Below, in pieces: positions 55,614-64,000 of a stretch of 64,000 bases of DNA (its first letter is position 1; every line of letters starts with the position of its first letter). The stretch comes from Planctomycetaceae bacterium (GTDB lineage: Bacteria > Planctomycetota > Phycisphaerae > SM23-33). Location of the stretch: contig JBDKTA010000005.1 of NCBI GenBank assembly GCA_039680605.1, positions 5,141 through 69,140 on the forward strand. Direction: 5' to 3'. Made by a program: the position numbers and the translations under genes. The notes beneath the pieces are model-generated. The model made no database searches. It was not told the origin of the DNA and saw only the letters and a list, made by a program, of their open reading frames with translations.

Positions 55614-56459
55614 ATGAAGGACGACATCCAAAGAAATAGATTACGTAAGCCATTATTGCGGATGGTACTGCTGCTCTCGTGTCTGTTACTCATATGGACA
55701 GGCATAAGAGCATACAACTTCTTGCCTGGCCATCGATGCAGGGCGCTAATCGAGAGCCTCCCAAATAGAACGCCTACCGTCTATGATCGTTGTTTGGCAG
55801 CGCTGGGGCTTTCCCCGCCCCCATTGGAGAACAGAGACGAGATAGTGGACTCGCTCGTGTCCCTCGGGCACAGAGCTGTTCCCGTGCTCTTAAAGTATGC
55901 AAGCGACGATGTTCCACAGATACGATTGGTTGCGATGGAGGCTTTGGTGCGAGGGTACAGAGCGAGACCGGAAGTGCGTGTGTGCCTTCTAGAGAGCCTC
56001 AACGACGAGGAGTGTTTTGTCCGACATCATGCTGCAATGGGACTGCTAAAGGATGGACCGGATAGAAGTGCAACAGCAGTCTTAATGAAGGATTTGCGGT
56101 CGGGGAATAATATCGAGCGATGGTCTGCAGCAAGTCAGTTGCGGGAGGCCGGCTCAGCGGCCGCAGATTTACTGCCCGATCTTTTGTCGGCAATTGAGGA
56201 TACAGACGGTTGTGTGCGGGAAATGGTTGTTGGGGCTTTGGGTAGGATCGGCAAATCCAGCCCTGAAGTGAGGCGTGCCCTTGCAATCGCTCTGCGGAAT
56301 GACGCGTATGTTCCTGTACGGAGTGAAGCCGCAAAGGTTCTGGGGCTCTTGCGAGCCAACGACAGTGAGTCGATTGCTGCACTGCAGAAGGCCAAATCGG
56401 ATCCCTCGACTTCTGTTCGACTATCTGCAGAAGGATCACTTAAATCGCTTGGCCATTAG
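55614..56459 (+). CDS. HEAT-repeat protein with N-terminal TM anchor
   Basis: Hydrophobic N-terminus LLRMVLLLSCLLLIWTG. Repeated ~30-aa units (D..VR..A..AL..) of HEAT/PBS-lyase type. The segment is AT-richer than its flanks. Confidence 0.65.
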   Translation: MKDDIQRNRLRKPLLRMVLLLSCLLLIWTGIRAYNFLPGHRCRALIESLPNRTPTVYDRCLAALGLSPPPLENRDEIVDSLVSLGHRAVPVLLKYASDDVPQIRLVAMEALVRGYRARPEVRVCLLESLNDEECFVRHHAAMGLLKDGPDRSATAVLMKDLRSGNNIERWSAASQLREAGSAAADLLPDLLSAIEDTDGCVREMVVGALGRIGKSSPEVRRALAIALRNDAYVPVRSEAAKVLGLLRANDSESIAALQKAKSDPSTSVRLSAEGSLKSLGH

Positions 56460-56490
56460 TAAGCCTTCGGCCAAGCTTTCGACTAAAGGG

Positions 56491-57270
56491 GTCAGGAACC
56501 TTTTCGTGTTGCAGTGCTTGGCAAGAGGCGGTATGCTGTTGCTATGCCGCGAAGTCTTCGGGTCAATCTGGGCGGGTTCGTCTATCACGTGCTCAACCGC
56601 TCCAACGGGCGGCAGAGGCTGTTCCGCTGCGACGAGGACTACCAGTTGTTCCTTGACGTGCTGGCGGCCGCGCATGAGCGCGGGGCGATGCGCACGATCG
56701 GCTATTGCGTCATGCCCAATCACTGGCACCTGGTCCTCTGGCCGCGCGACGACGGCGACCTGTCGGCGTTCGTGCGGTGGCTGACGCTGACGCACACGCA
56801 GCGTGTCCACGCCCGGCGCGGCACGGCCGGGGCGGGGCACGTCTACCAGGGGCGGTTCAAGAGTTTCCTGATCGAGCAGACGCGTCCGCCGGCGGCCCGG
56901 CGGGCGATGGGCGTGCTGGAAGGCGGCGACGCGGTGCTGTCGGTGCTGCGGTACGTCGAGCGCAACGCCGTCAAGGCCGGCTTGGCGACGCGGGCGCAAG
57001 CCTGGCCGTGGTGCAGCGCCCACGCGCGGCTGCACAAGACCGAGGCGCCGGTGCCGCTGACACCGCCGCCGGGCGGCCTGCCGCAGGACTGGCTCGACTG
57101 GGTCAACCGCCCGCATAGCGACAAGGAACTGGCGGCCTTGCAGCGGTGCATCGAGCGAGGCGTCCCGTTCGGCCGCGAGCCATGGGTCAAGCGGACGGCC
57201 GCCGAACTGGGCCTCCAAAGCACCCTCCACCCCCGCGGCCGACCGAAAATAGCAGAAAAAGGTTCCTGAC
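56491..57270 (+). mobile_element. RAYT (IS200-like Y1 transposase) unit bounded by a perfect 14-nt inverted repeat
   Basis: GTCAGGAACCTTTT (56491-56504) and AAAAGGTTCCTGAC (57257-57270) bracket the transposase CDS. Confidence 0.75.
56544..57269 (+). CDS. REP-associated tyrosine transposase (RAYT, IS200-like Y1 transposase)
   Basis: HUH motif (VMPNHWHLVLW), catalytic-Tyr region (LRYVERNAVKAGL), and C-terminal W.WCS...GRPK tail. Confidence 0.85.
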   Translation: MPRSLRVNLGGFVYHVLNRSNGRQRLFRCDEDYQLFLDVLAAAHERGAMRTIGYCVMPNHWHLVLWPRDDGDLSAFVRWLTLTHTQRVHARRGTAGAGHVYQGRFKSFLIEQTRPPAARRAMGVLEGGDAVLSVLRYVERNAVKAGLATRAQAWPWCSAHARLHKTEAPVPLTPPPGGLPQDWLDWVNRPHSDKELAALQRCIERGVPFGREPWVKRTAAELGLQSTLHPRGRPKIAEKGS

Positions 57271-57406
57271 TTTGTTCCCCCCTGGCCCCTTTGTTCCCCC
57301 GCGGAGGCGGGCTCGGTGGGGCGCACCCCGGCGTCGCCACGGCTATGCAGATCATCCGCCAGCGCTATGGCGATTCGGAATGGCCCAGCCGCAAGACGAT
57401 CAGCCG

Positions 57407-58231
57407 TCAGCCACGATGCGAGACGGTATTGAGCCTTGACTTCTTTCGCCTTCGGGCGAAGGTGCCGGCGAGGGTGGCGACGGTCAGTGCCGTGGCGGCG
57501 AGGGTTGTCGGTTCGGGGGCCGTGGCGGTCGGTGCGTCGGTGGTGGCGGTGGCGGTGCCGATGATGGGTCCGGCGGCTGCGGCGCCGGGACCGCCCAGCG
57601 AACCGCGGTTCCACAGCGCCATCATCGGGTAGATGCCGCCATTGCCGCCGGGGACCAGGATGTGGTTGTCGATCGAGCCGCTGGCGGCCGGGGCCACGGG
57701 ATCGCTCTCGGGCCCCGGACCTGGGGCAAAGCCGGTGTTCCACAGGGCAGAGCCTGGGTCTTCCTCGGGGCCTTGAACCTGGAAGTCGCCCCACGTCGGC
57801 GGGGCGGCGGTCTCGAAACTGATCATCACCTTCGCCGCCCTGGCGTTGGGGGTGGTCGCCAGTGCGTAGATGTGCTGCGACAGGTGCGGGAGTGAATTGA
57901 ACCGCGTGACTTCATTGCTTGACGCCATCGGCGAACTGGCGAAGGTGGTAATGTCTTCGCCCTTGAGGGCGGGGGAGGTTTCGAGGATCACGCGGCCGGC
58001 CTTGCCGGAGGGCACCGTCAGCACGTACGTGTATCGCCAGTTGCCGCTGCTAAGTTGACTGACCGTCCACTCGATCGACGCGGGCCCGTCGGCCCAGCCG
58101 CCCGCGCCCGAGAGACCGCCCGACGCCGCCTCCAGAGCGCCCTTGAACTCCGCCCGCGCCAGGCCCGCCGCGGCCGCCAGGGCGACCATCGCCACAAAGA
58201 CCGTTCTGAACACGCCGCCCCCCTTGGGCAC
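57407..58231 (-). CDS. Secreted hypothetical protein with PEP-CTERM-like C-terminus
   Basis: GTG start and a signal peptide (VFVAMVALAAAAGLARA). C-terminal APEPTTLAATALTVATLAGTFARRRKK, followed by 10 extra residues. Confidence 0.6.
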   Translation of the reverse strand: MPKGGGVFRTVFVAMVALAAAAGLARAEFKGALEAASGGLSGAGGWADGPASIEWTVSQLSSGNWRYTYVLTVPSGKAGRVILETSPALKGEDITTFASSPMASSNEVTRFNSLPHLSQHIYALATTPNARAAKVMISFETAAPPTWGDFQVQGPEEDPGSALWNTGFAPGPGPESDPVAPAASGSIDNHILVPGGNGGIYPMMALWNRGSLGGPGAAAAGPIIGTATATTDAPTATAPEPTTLAATALTVATLAGTFARRRKKSRLNTVSHRG

Positions 58232-58372
58232 GACCCCGGCTCAAAATGCATGATCGCCCATGTACTATATTCCCCCAAAGACGTATTGCCAAATCACTGA
58301 TCGTCATCTTTACGCAATCTTCAGGAATTGCCCGATGGCGAGGGGTAAACCCGAACTGTCTCGTACAGCGTC

Positions 58373-58489
58373 GTGCCGCGAAGTCTTCGGGTCAATCTGG
58401 GCGGGACGTGCTCAACCGTACCAACGGGCGGCAGAGGCTGTCCGCTGGCACGAGGACTACCAGTTGTTCCTCGACGTGCTGGCGGCCGC
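58373..58489 (+). pseudogene. 5' fragment of a RAYT gene (frameshifted)
   Basis: Near-identical at nucleotide level to 56544-56670, but with a 10-nt and a 1-nt deletion. The similarity ends at GGCGGCCGC. Confidence 0.7.
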
Positions 58490-58634
58490 CACTCTTACGT
58501 GTACTCATGTATCCTGCCTCCATTTGTCAATGGTAATAGCTTACCTTCCCAAATAATCGCTGTGAAAAGTACAACAAAGTGCAAGGAATGTGCAAGCGCA
58601 GGGTCGGACGCCCCTGCTGCTTCCGCGGGGGCGA

Positions 58635-61600
58635 TTATTGTCCTTCCACGCACTCGAGGCCGCTCAGGATCGGCTTACCGGTTCTTGGTTTGAACTCGAC
58701 GGTCAGCTTGTCGGACACGCTGACGTTCTTGAGTTCGACGACGAGCGAGCGCTTGGGTCCGCCGGCGGCGGCCGCGACGTCGAGGCCCTGCCGGACGACC
58801 TTGCCCTGGACGATGACGTCGAAGACGCGCTGACCGGCAGCGAGGTCGTCCATCTCGGCGAAGACCAGTCGCACCGTGTGCGGCCGCGCGGGCGAACCGT
58901 CCGGGCCCATTCTCACCGATAGCGACTCGATACCTTCGGCGACGCTGGAAGCCACCCACCCCAGCGAGCCCGAGACGGTCGAGGGGTCCTGGCGGTGCAT
59001 GGTGCCATTGAACTCGACGACCGTCGTGGCCTTCCTGCCGGAACCGACCTGTCGCCGCCCGCCGGGCTTGAGGTCCACACCCAGGTCCATCTCGGGGCTG
59101 CCGGCGGGAGGATACTCCAGCCAGAGCGTTCCCTCGTGCAGGCGGTCGCCGGGGGCGCCGAGGTTAAGGCCAATACGCTTGAGCACGCCCTCGGTCGGCG
59201 GAGGCAGAACGCTGTAGGTCCACATCTGCGCCTCGGGCATATGCACCAGCGCCAGCGAGGCCTGCAGCGGGTACGAGCAACTGCACGTGCGGGTGTAGTC
59301 AGGTGCGCTGAGGACGCCGTCGGCGGCAATCAGGTTCGAGGTGCAGCCGCTCTTGAACCCGCCGAAGTTTCCCGTGCCGCCCTGGCCGACCAGGTCGTAA
59401 TAGCCCGCCGTGCCGCTGCGGAAGAACATCATGTTCTGGCTGGCGATAGCGGTGTTGCAGCCGTAGAAGCGATGCCACGCCCAGGGCACTTCCTGTCCGC
59501 TGACGGGGTGGCGCACCGTCGCGGGCTGACCGGTCTTCAACAGGAACGCCACGCCGCCCCCGCCGCCGTTGGTGATGCCGCGGTCGCGCCAGAGCAGGAC
59601 CGGCCCCTCGATCTTGCGCTCCATGTCCTGCCAGAGCACGCCGCCGTCGGCGCCGCGATAGGCGACGATACCCCGCCCCGCCTCGTCGCCGGCGCGGTCG
59701 CGCGACCCGCTGCCGCACTGCAGCAGCACGTCGTGCGCCGAGGAGTATCCCAGCCACGTGCCGAAGATGTCCTTGTCGGCCGACCAGGCTTCCTTGCCGC
59801 TGGTGAGGTCCAGCGCCACCAGCCGTCCCGGCGGCGTCGGTTGACCGATGAACGTCAACTGCGCGCGGTTGCCTTCGGAGAGATTGTCCAGCGCGAAGAC
59901 CTTACCCGCGCCGGTCGTGACGGCGTTGTGGCGGTACGCCACCGCCGCCCCGCGCTGCCAGAGAATCTTGCCGCTGTTGCGATCGAGGGCGACGAGGTTG
60001 CGCGAACTGGCGCCGAATCGCGCGTTGAGCTTGACGTCCCCGGCGGCCGCCAGGTTGAACGTGGCGCCCATGGGCTTGGGTTGCGGTTTGCTCTTGGACT
60101 TGGGATTGGGCATCTGCACTTGAATGTCCATCGGCTCGGTGGTGGCGACCAGCACGTCGCCGACGATCATCAGCACGCCCCAGTTTGGCGCGGCGCAGCC
60201 GGGGCGGGCGGGAGCCTTGAATGTCGCGGCGGTCTTGCCGGTGGCCGCGTCGAGCACAACGATGTCGGGCCCGTTGATCAGGTACAGGCGGTCGGCCGTG
60301 ACGGCGTAGTTGGAACCGAACTGATTGGCGCCGGGGATATGCCCCTGGTTGTAGCTGTCATCGCGAATGTCGTCTTTGAAACTCTTGTCCCAGTACATCC
60401 CGAAGTTGCTGAAGCCTTCGATCTTCCGCTGCCAGAGCACCCGCCCGGTGTACACGTCGCGGGCGGAGATCATGTTGATGCCCTCGATGAACAGCCGCCC
60501 GCCGGCGACCTGGGGATTGGGCCCGTGCCCGTGACGGGGCAGCACATCGAGGAAGTTGTCACTGCCGAACCAGAGCAGCCCCAGCGGGGCCGCCACGCGC
60601 TGTTCGGCGCCGACGACGGAATTGGAGGCGTCGGCGTACTGGTGCGTCCACTCGCCGGCGCCGGGCAGGGCGCCGCTGCGGCGGATGCGAACGTCAGTCC
60701 CGGCAGTGTCCACGCTCGCCCCGTCAAGTTTGCCGCCTCGGGCCCAGGCGGCCAGCGCCTCGCCGCCGGGCAAGACCGCCACGCCGCCATAAGGCCGCAA
60801 CGGCGCCACCAGGCGCTCAACGCTGCATTTGCCCGCGTCGAAGCCCGCCGCCGCCACGTCCTCGCTGGCGATCAGGCTGGCGAAGTACGGCGAGAGGTCG
60901 TAGTCGAAACCGTTGCCGACGATGGCAGCCACGCGCGGGCCATAGAGCCCCGCCTCGCTCATGCGGCGGCGGAAGGCGTCGGCCTTGGCGGCGTCGGGTT
61001 CGATCACGACGACGTGCAGCTTCGACTGGCGGACGAGTTCCTCGACCAGCCGTCCGCTGCCGGCGCCCAGCACCAGGGCGTACCCTTCGGTGGCGCTGGC
61101 AGCCAATAGCGCCTTGGCGCGGTCGGTCCAGGGGTCGGCCGCCGGCGCCGCAGCGGGCTTGAGCTCGTGCGTGATCGGCGAGCCGCCGCCGGCGCCGTAG
61201 CAGTAGATGCCGCCCTCGCGCGTGACGACGAAGAGCTTGCCGTCAGCGGCGATTGCACGGTGGAACTTGCCGCGGAACTGACCGGTGAAATCCTGCCCCA
61301 CGCGCCCGCCCTGCTCGAGCACCGCCGAGACGATCGTGCCGTCAGGCCCCGGGCCATAGAACTTGTCGCCGGCACGGATGACGATCTCCTTCATCATCGG
61401 CGAGAGCTTGCCCAGCCAGATGGGCTTGAACTTGTCGACGGGAACTTTCTTGCCCTTCTTGTCGAAGCCTTCGCCGAAGTAGTGCTCCAGGCCTTTGAAC
61501 TCGGCGGTAGCGATGTCGAGCATGAAGACCTGGTTGTTCTCACCCAGAAACCCCGGGGCGCCGCCGGTCTTGTTGCCGTCCAGGGTGTAGCGCTGGCCGG

Positions 61601-62594
61601 CGTTGTAGTACCCGCCCCAGGCAACGTACACGTCCCACCCGCCCAATTGCTTGGTCATCATGTTGTTGGCCAGAAGCTGGCCGGTCTTCTGGTCGAAGAT
61701 CGCCGGGCGGTTGCGGCTGTTGGGGATGATCAGCCGCCCCTGTGCGGCCGCGAGGTACCCCTGCGGCGCGATGCCCGAAAACGACAGCGCCCCGCCGTGA
61801 GGTTGGGCCGACCACTGCTGGCCGTTGCCGCTGTTGGTCCAGACCAGCTTGCCCGTCCGCGCGTCCATGCAGTAGATGAACGTGCCCATGAACGGCCAGA
61901 GCCCTGCCGTGAAATACAGCTTGCCCTCGTCGAGCAGGAGTCCGCCGCGTGCGGGCCAGAGGCTGATCAGCCGCCCGTTGCCCAGTCCGCGACGGTCGCC
62001 GCCGCCGGCGCGGAACTTCCACAGGAGCTTGCCCGTCGCCGCATCGAGGCAGTACAGGTGCCCGTCATCGCTGAGGCAGAAGATCTTGCCTTCGAAACCC
62101 ACCGGCGCCAGGCGGATGGGCCCCTCGGCGTAGAAGCGCCATTTTTCGGCCCCGTCGGCGGTGTTGTAGGCCCGCAGGGTGTCGTCGACCATCGAGCCCA
62201 CGTACAGCATGTCGCCCAGAACGATCGGCTCATACGAAGCGTCAAACTGCAGCTTCCACTGCGTGTCGGGCCAGGCCGGCTGGGGCGCGGGCAGTTGCCG
62301 GCTCCAGAGGAGTTTCATGTTTGCCGGCAAAGCGTCTTTGGCGATACCTCGCCTCTGGGCATCGAACTGCCACTGCGGCCAATCGCCCGCCAGAGCGGAT
62401 GGAGAAAGAATGGCAAGAATCGCCAAAAGGATGATGGCGGAAGGTTGTTTGCCAGCCGAGAAACCTGCCGCCCCTTCGGGGCGGTTGCCAAGGGGGGCGC
62501 TGACGCCCCCGGCTAAGTCCTGACCGCCCCTGCGGGGCGAAGAAGTAGCCTGACAGGCTTGTTTCAAATGCATGGCACGAGAATGAAAACTCAT
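58635..62594 (-). CDS. Secreted PQQ-like beta-propeller protein with inserted SAM-MTase-like segment and C-terminal malectin-like domain
   Basis: Start ATG 62594 (AAAGGA RBS). GDWPQWQFDAQRRG; YALVLGAGSGRLVEELVRQSKLHVVVIEPD (MTase motif-I-like); C-terminal VRLVFAEMDD...RVFDVIVQG...LTVEF...ILSGLE malectin pattern. Confidence 0.75.
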   Translation of the reverse strand: MSFHSRAMHLKQACQATSSPRRGGQDLAGGVSAPLGNRPEGAAGFSAGKQPSAIILLAILAILSPSALAGDWPQWQFDAQRRGIAKDALPANMKLLWSRQLPAPQPAWPDTQWKLQFDASYEPIVLGDMLYVGSMVDDTLRAYNTADGAEKWRFYAEGPIRLAPVGFEGKIFCLSDDGHLYCLDAATGKLLWKFRAGGGDRRGLGNGRLISLWPARGGLLLDEGKLYFTAGLWPFMGTFIYCMDARTGKLVWTNSGNGQQWSAQPHGGALSFSGIAPQGYLAAAQGRLIIPNSRNRPAIFDQKTGQLLANNMMTKQLGGWDVYVAWGGYYNAGQRYTLDGNKTGGAPGFLGENNQVFMLDIATAEFKGLEHYFGEGFDKKGKKVPVDKFKPIWLGKLSPMMKEIVIRAGDKFYGPGPDGTIVSAVLEQGGRVGQDFTGQFRGKFHRAIAADGKLFVVTREGGIYCYGAGGGSPITHELKPAAAPAADPWTDRAKALLAASATEGYALVLGAGSGRLVEELVRQSKLHVVVIEPDAAKADAFRRRMSEAGLYGPRVAAIVGNGFDYDLSPYFASLIASEDVAAAGFDAGKCSVERLVAPLRPYGGVAVLPGGEALAAWARGGKLDGASVDTAGTDVRIRRSGALPGAGEWTHQYADASNSVVGAEQRVAAPLGLLWFGSDNFLDVLPRHGHGPNPQVAGGRLFIEGINMISARDVYTGRVLWQRKIEGFSNFGMYWDKSFKDDIRDDSYNQGHIPGANQFGSNYAVTADRLYLINGPDIVVLDAATGKTAATFKAPARPGCAAPNWGVLMIVGDVLVATTEPMDIQVQMPNPKSKSKPQPKPMGATFNLAAAGDVKLNARFGASSRNLVALDRNSGKILWQRGAAVAYRHNAVTTGAGKVFALDNLSEGNRAQLTFIGQPTPPGRLVALDLTSGKEAWSADKDIFGTWLGYSSAHDVLLQCGSGSRDRAGDEAGRGIVAYRGADGGVLWQDMERKIEGPVLLWRDRGITNGGGGGVAFLLKTGQPATVRHPVSGQEVPWAWHRFYGCNTAIASQNMMFFRSGTAGYYDLVGQGGTGNFGGFKSGCTSNLIAADGVLSAPDYTRTCSCSYPLQASLALVHMPEAQMWTYSVLPPPTEGVLKRIGLNLGAPGDRLHEGTLWLEYPPAGSPEMDLGVDLKPGGRRQVGSGRKATTVVEFNGTMHRQDPSTVSGSLGWVASSVAEGIESLSVRMGPDGSPARPHTVRLVFAEMDDLAAGQRVFDVIVQGKVVRQGLDVAAAAGGPKRSLVVELKNVSVSDKLTVEFKPRTGKPILSGLECVEGQ

Positions 62595-62633
62595 TAGGTA
62601 TCCTTTCAAACAACAGCAGGAACTACTGTCAGC

Positions 62634-62737
62634 GGGTGCCGTGGCGCGCAGGGCCGGAAGGCCCGGAGAGCCACGATCCCTGAGCGTTGCAGCAAGAGGT
62701 CGTGGCTGTCGGGCTATCGCCCTGCCGCCACGGCACC
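62634..62737. repeat. REP1 compound palindrome, copy C
   Basis: Outer stem GGTGCCGTGGCG/CGCCACGGCACC. Inner hairpins GGGCC-GGAA-GGCCC; GCCACGA...TCGTGGC; GGGC-TATC-GCCC. Lies between tandem paralogous genes. Confidence 0.85.
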
Positions 62738-62759
62738 TGCGCAACACTCTGCGCAATTA

Positions 62760-64000
62760 TTACTTTTCGCTTTCGTCGACCAACTCGACGCCGCAGATCA
62801 GCGTCTTTCCGGTCCGGGCGGTGAGGCCGACTTTCAGGTCGTCGGCGATCATGACGTTCTTGAACTCTTTGATGACGCTGCGGCGCGGCCCCCCGGCCGC
62901 GGCGGCGATATCAAAATTCGCCAGCACCACCTTGCCCTGCAGCGACACGTCGAACACGCGCGCCCCGGCGGCGACGTCGTCGGGCTCGGCGAAGCACAGC
63001 CGCACGGTGAACGCCCGCGGCGGGGCGAACTGCCCGCTGCCCTCGCCCCAGTGCGGGCTCTGGCCGACGCGGATGTTCCAGCCGCGGATAACGGTATCGG
63101 GCTTGCCCGATCGCGGCTGAAGGAACGGGCGGATGCGAATTTCAGCGGCGCCACTGACGCCCGAGGCGGTGACCCAGTTGAGGTCTCCAGCGACGGTGGT
63201 GTTGTGGTTGCGGAAGAGGTCGCCCTGGCCGCTGATGTTGACCGGCACATCGGGCGAAGGCCCGGCGATGCTGGGATGCTCGACCCACAGCGTGCCGCCC
63301 TCGGCAGTGCGGTTGCCCGGGGCGCCGAAGTTCACGCCCAGCCGCCGCACCGCGGTCGGGCGGCTAACCTCCGGAAACGCATCGATGCCCCAGTACTCGA
63401 TCTCGGGCATGTGTACCATCGCCAGCGACGCCTGGTTCTGGTACGAGCACGAACACGTGCGCGTGTAGTCGGGGGCATTGAGCACGCCGTCGGCCACGAT
63501 CAGGTTCGACGTGCAGCCGCTCTTGAACCCGCCGATACTGGCAGTGCCCTGGCAGAGGTCCAGCGGCACGAATGCCGCCGACGCCGATCGGAAGGTCAGC
63601 AAGTGCTCGCTGGCCACGGCAGTGTTGCAGCCCTTGAACCGCACCCACTCATAGGGGATGGTCTGGCCGGTCACCTGGTGGCGGCGCATCGCCGACTGAC
63701 CGGTCAACAGATTGTACACCTTGGCCGGAGGGGCATACGTGTTGGCCCCGCCGGTCTGGGTGAAGATCATGTCGCGGCGGATCACCGGCGGGCCGGAGTA
63801 CGGCTCGTTGTGCGTCCAGACCACGTCGCCGGTCTTGCCCTTGTAGGCCGTCATGCCCCTTCCGACTTCGTCGCCGCCGCGGTCGGGCCCTTCGCTGCCG
63901 CCCTGGAGCAGGACATCGTGCTCGGCGGAATACCCCAGCCACGTGCCGAAGACGTTCTTGTCCGTCTGCCAGAGCACCTTGCCCGTGCGGGCCTCGAAGG
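62760..64000 (-). CDS. PQQ-propeller/malectin-like paralogue, C-terminal part (5' end outside the window)
   Basis: Colinear with the C-terminal ~400 aa of 58635-62594 (RTCSCSYQNQASLAMVHMPE, VRLCFAEPDD...RVFDVSLQG). The frame is open to the window end. Confidence 0.75.
   Translation of the reverse strand, partial: FEARTGKVLWQTDKNVFGTWLGYSAEHDVLLQGGSEGPDRGGDEVGRGMTAYKGKTGDVVWTHNEPYSGPPVIRRDMIFTQTGGANTYAPPAKVYNLLTGQSAMRRHQVTGQTIPYEWVRFKGCNTAVASEHLLTFRSASAAFVPLDLCQGTASIGGFKSGCTSNLIVADGVLNAPDYTRTCSCSYQNQASLAMVHMPEIEYWGIDAFPEVSRPTAVRRLGVNFGAPGNRTAEGGTLWVEHPSIAGPSPDVPVNISGQGDLFRNHNTTVAGDLNWVTASGVSGAAEIRIRPFLQPRSGKPDTVIRGWNIRVGQSPHWGEGSGQFAPPRAFTVRLCFAEPDDVAAGARVFDVSLQGKVVLANFDIAAAAGGPRRSVIKEFKNVMIADDLKVGLTARTGKTLICGVELVDESEK

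Noticed and set aside
58995-61109. 704-aa plus-strand ORF (and 61167-62516)
   Set aside because: It is antisense to the 1319-aa PQQ/malectin gene and has shadow-ORF composition.

Overview
High-GC bacterial chromosomal DNA with several visibly AT-richer islets. By inference it comes from a PVC-superphylum organism (Planctomycetota/Verrucomicrobiota-like): it has PEP-CTERM proteins, PQQ-propeller/malectin proteins, dense CAZymes and RAYT/REP elements. No rRNA, tRNA or CRISPR array was recognised.

The window has two halves.

(i) About 1-24 kb is an envelope-glycosylation supercluster unusually rich in radical SAM (rSAM) genes. It holds six rSAM/SPASM-like enzymes (four types, two of them duplicated), five GT2 glycosyltransferases, three GT-C-type membrane transferases (two YfhO-like, one TMTC-like with TPR), an LPG_synthase_TM 'flippase-like' protein and a StrB1-like amidinotransferase. 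A TolB/TPR protein and two LamG PEP-CTERM proteins are embedded in it. Several GT2 and rSAM genes are translationally coupled, and much of the set exists as two diverged paralogous copies with different GC content. This is my best candidate for an undescribed system.

(ii) About 24-64 kb is a glycan-utilisation region. It contains a GH29 fucosidase, a GH29-like protein, a GH38 mannosidase, a GH42 beta-galactosidase, two beta-helix proteins, two URO-D-like proteins, an esterase, phosphoesterases, two AraC regulators, three PQQ-propeller paralogues, SppA and a cNMP-gated K+ channel.

The intergenic DNA of the second half is filled with structured repeats:
- a ~100-nt compound palindrome with a cloverleaf-like fold and compensatory changes (5 copies);
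- a second palindrome family (2 copies, one inside a CDS);
- hairpins whose arms are tandem heptamers;
- an intact IS200-like RAYT transposase gene plus two decayed copies.

Many long ORFs in the supplied track are antisense or extension artefacts of high GC and were not called.
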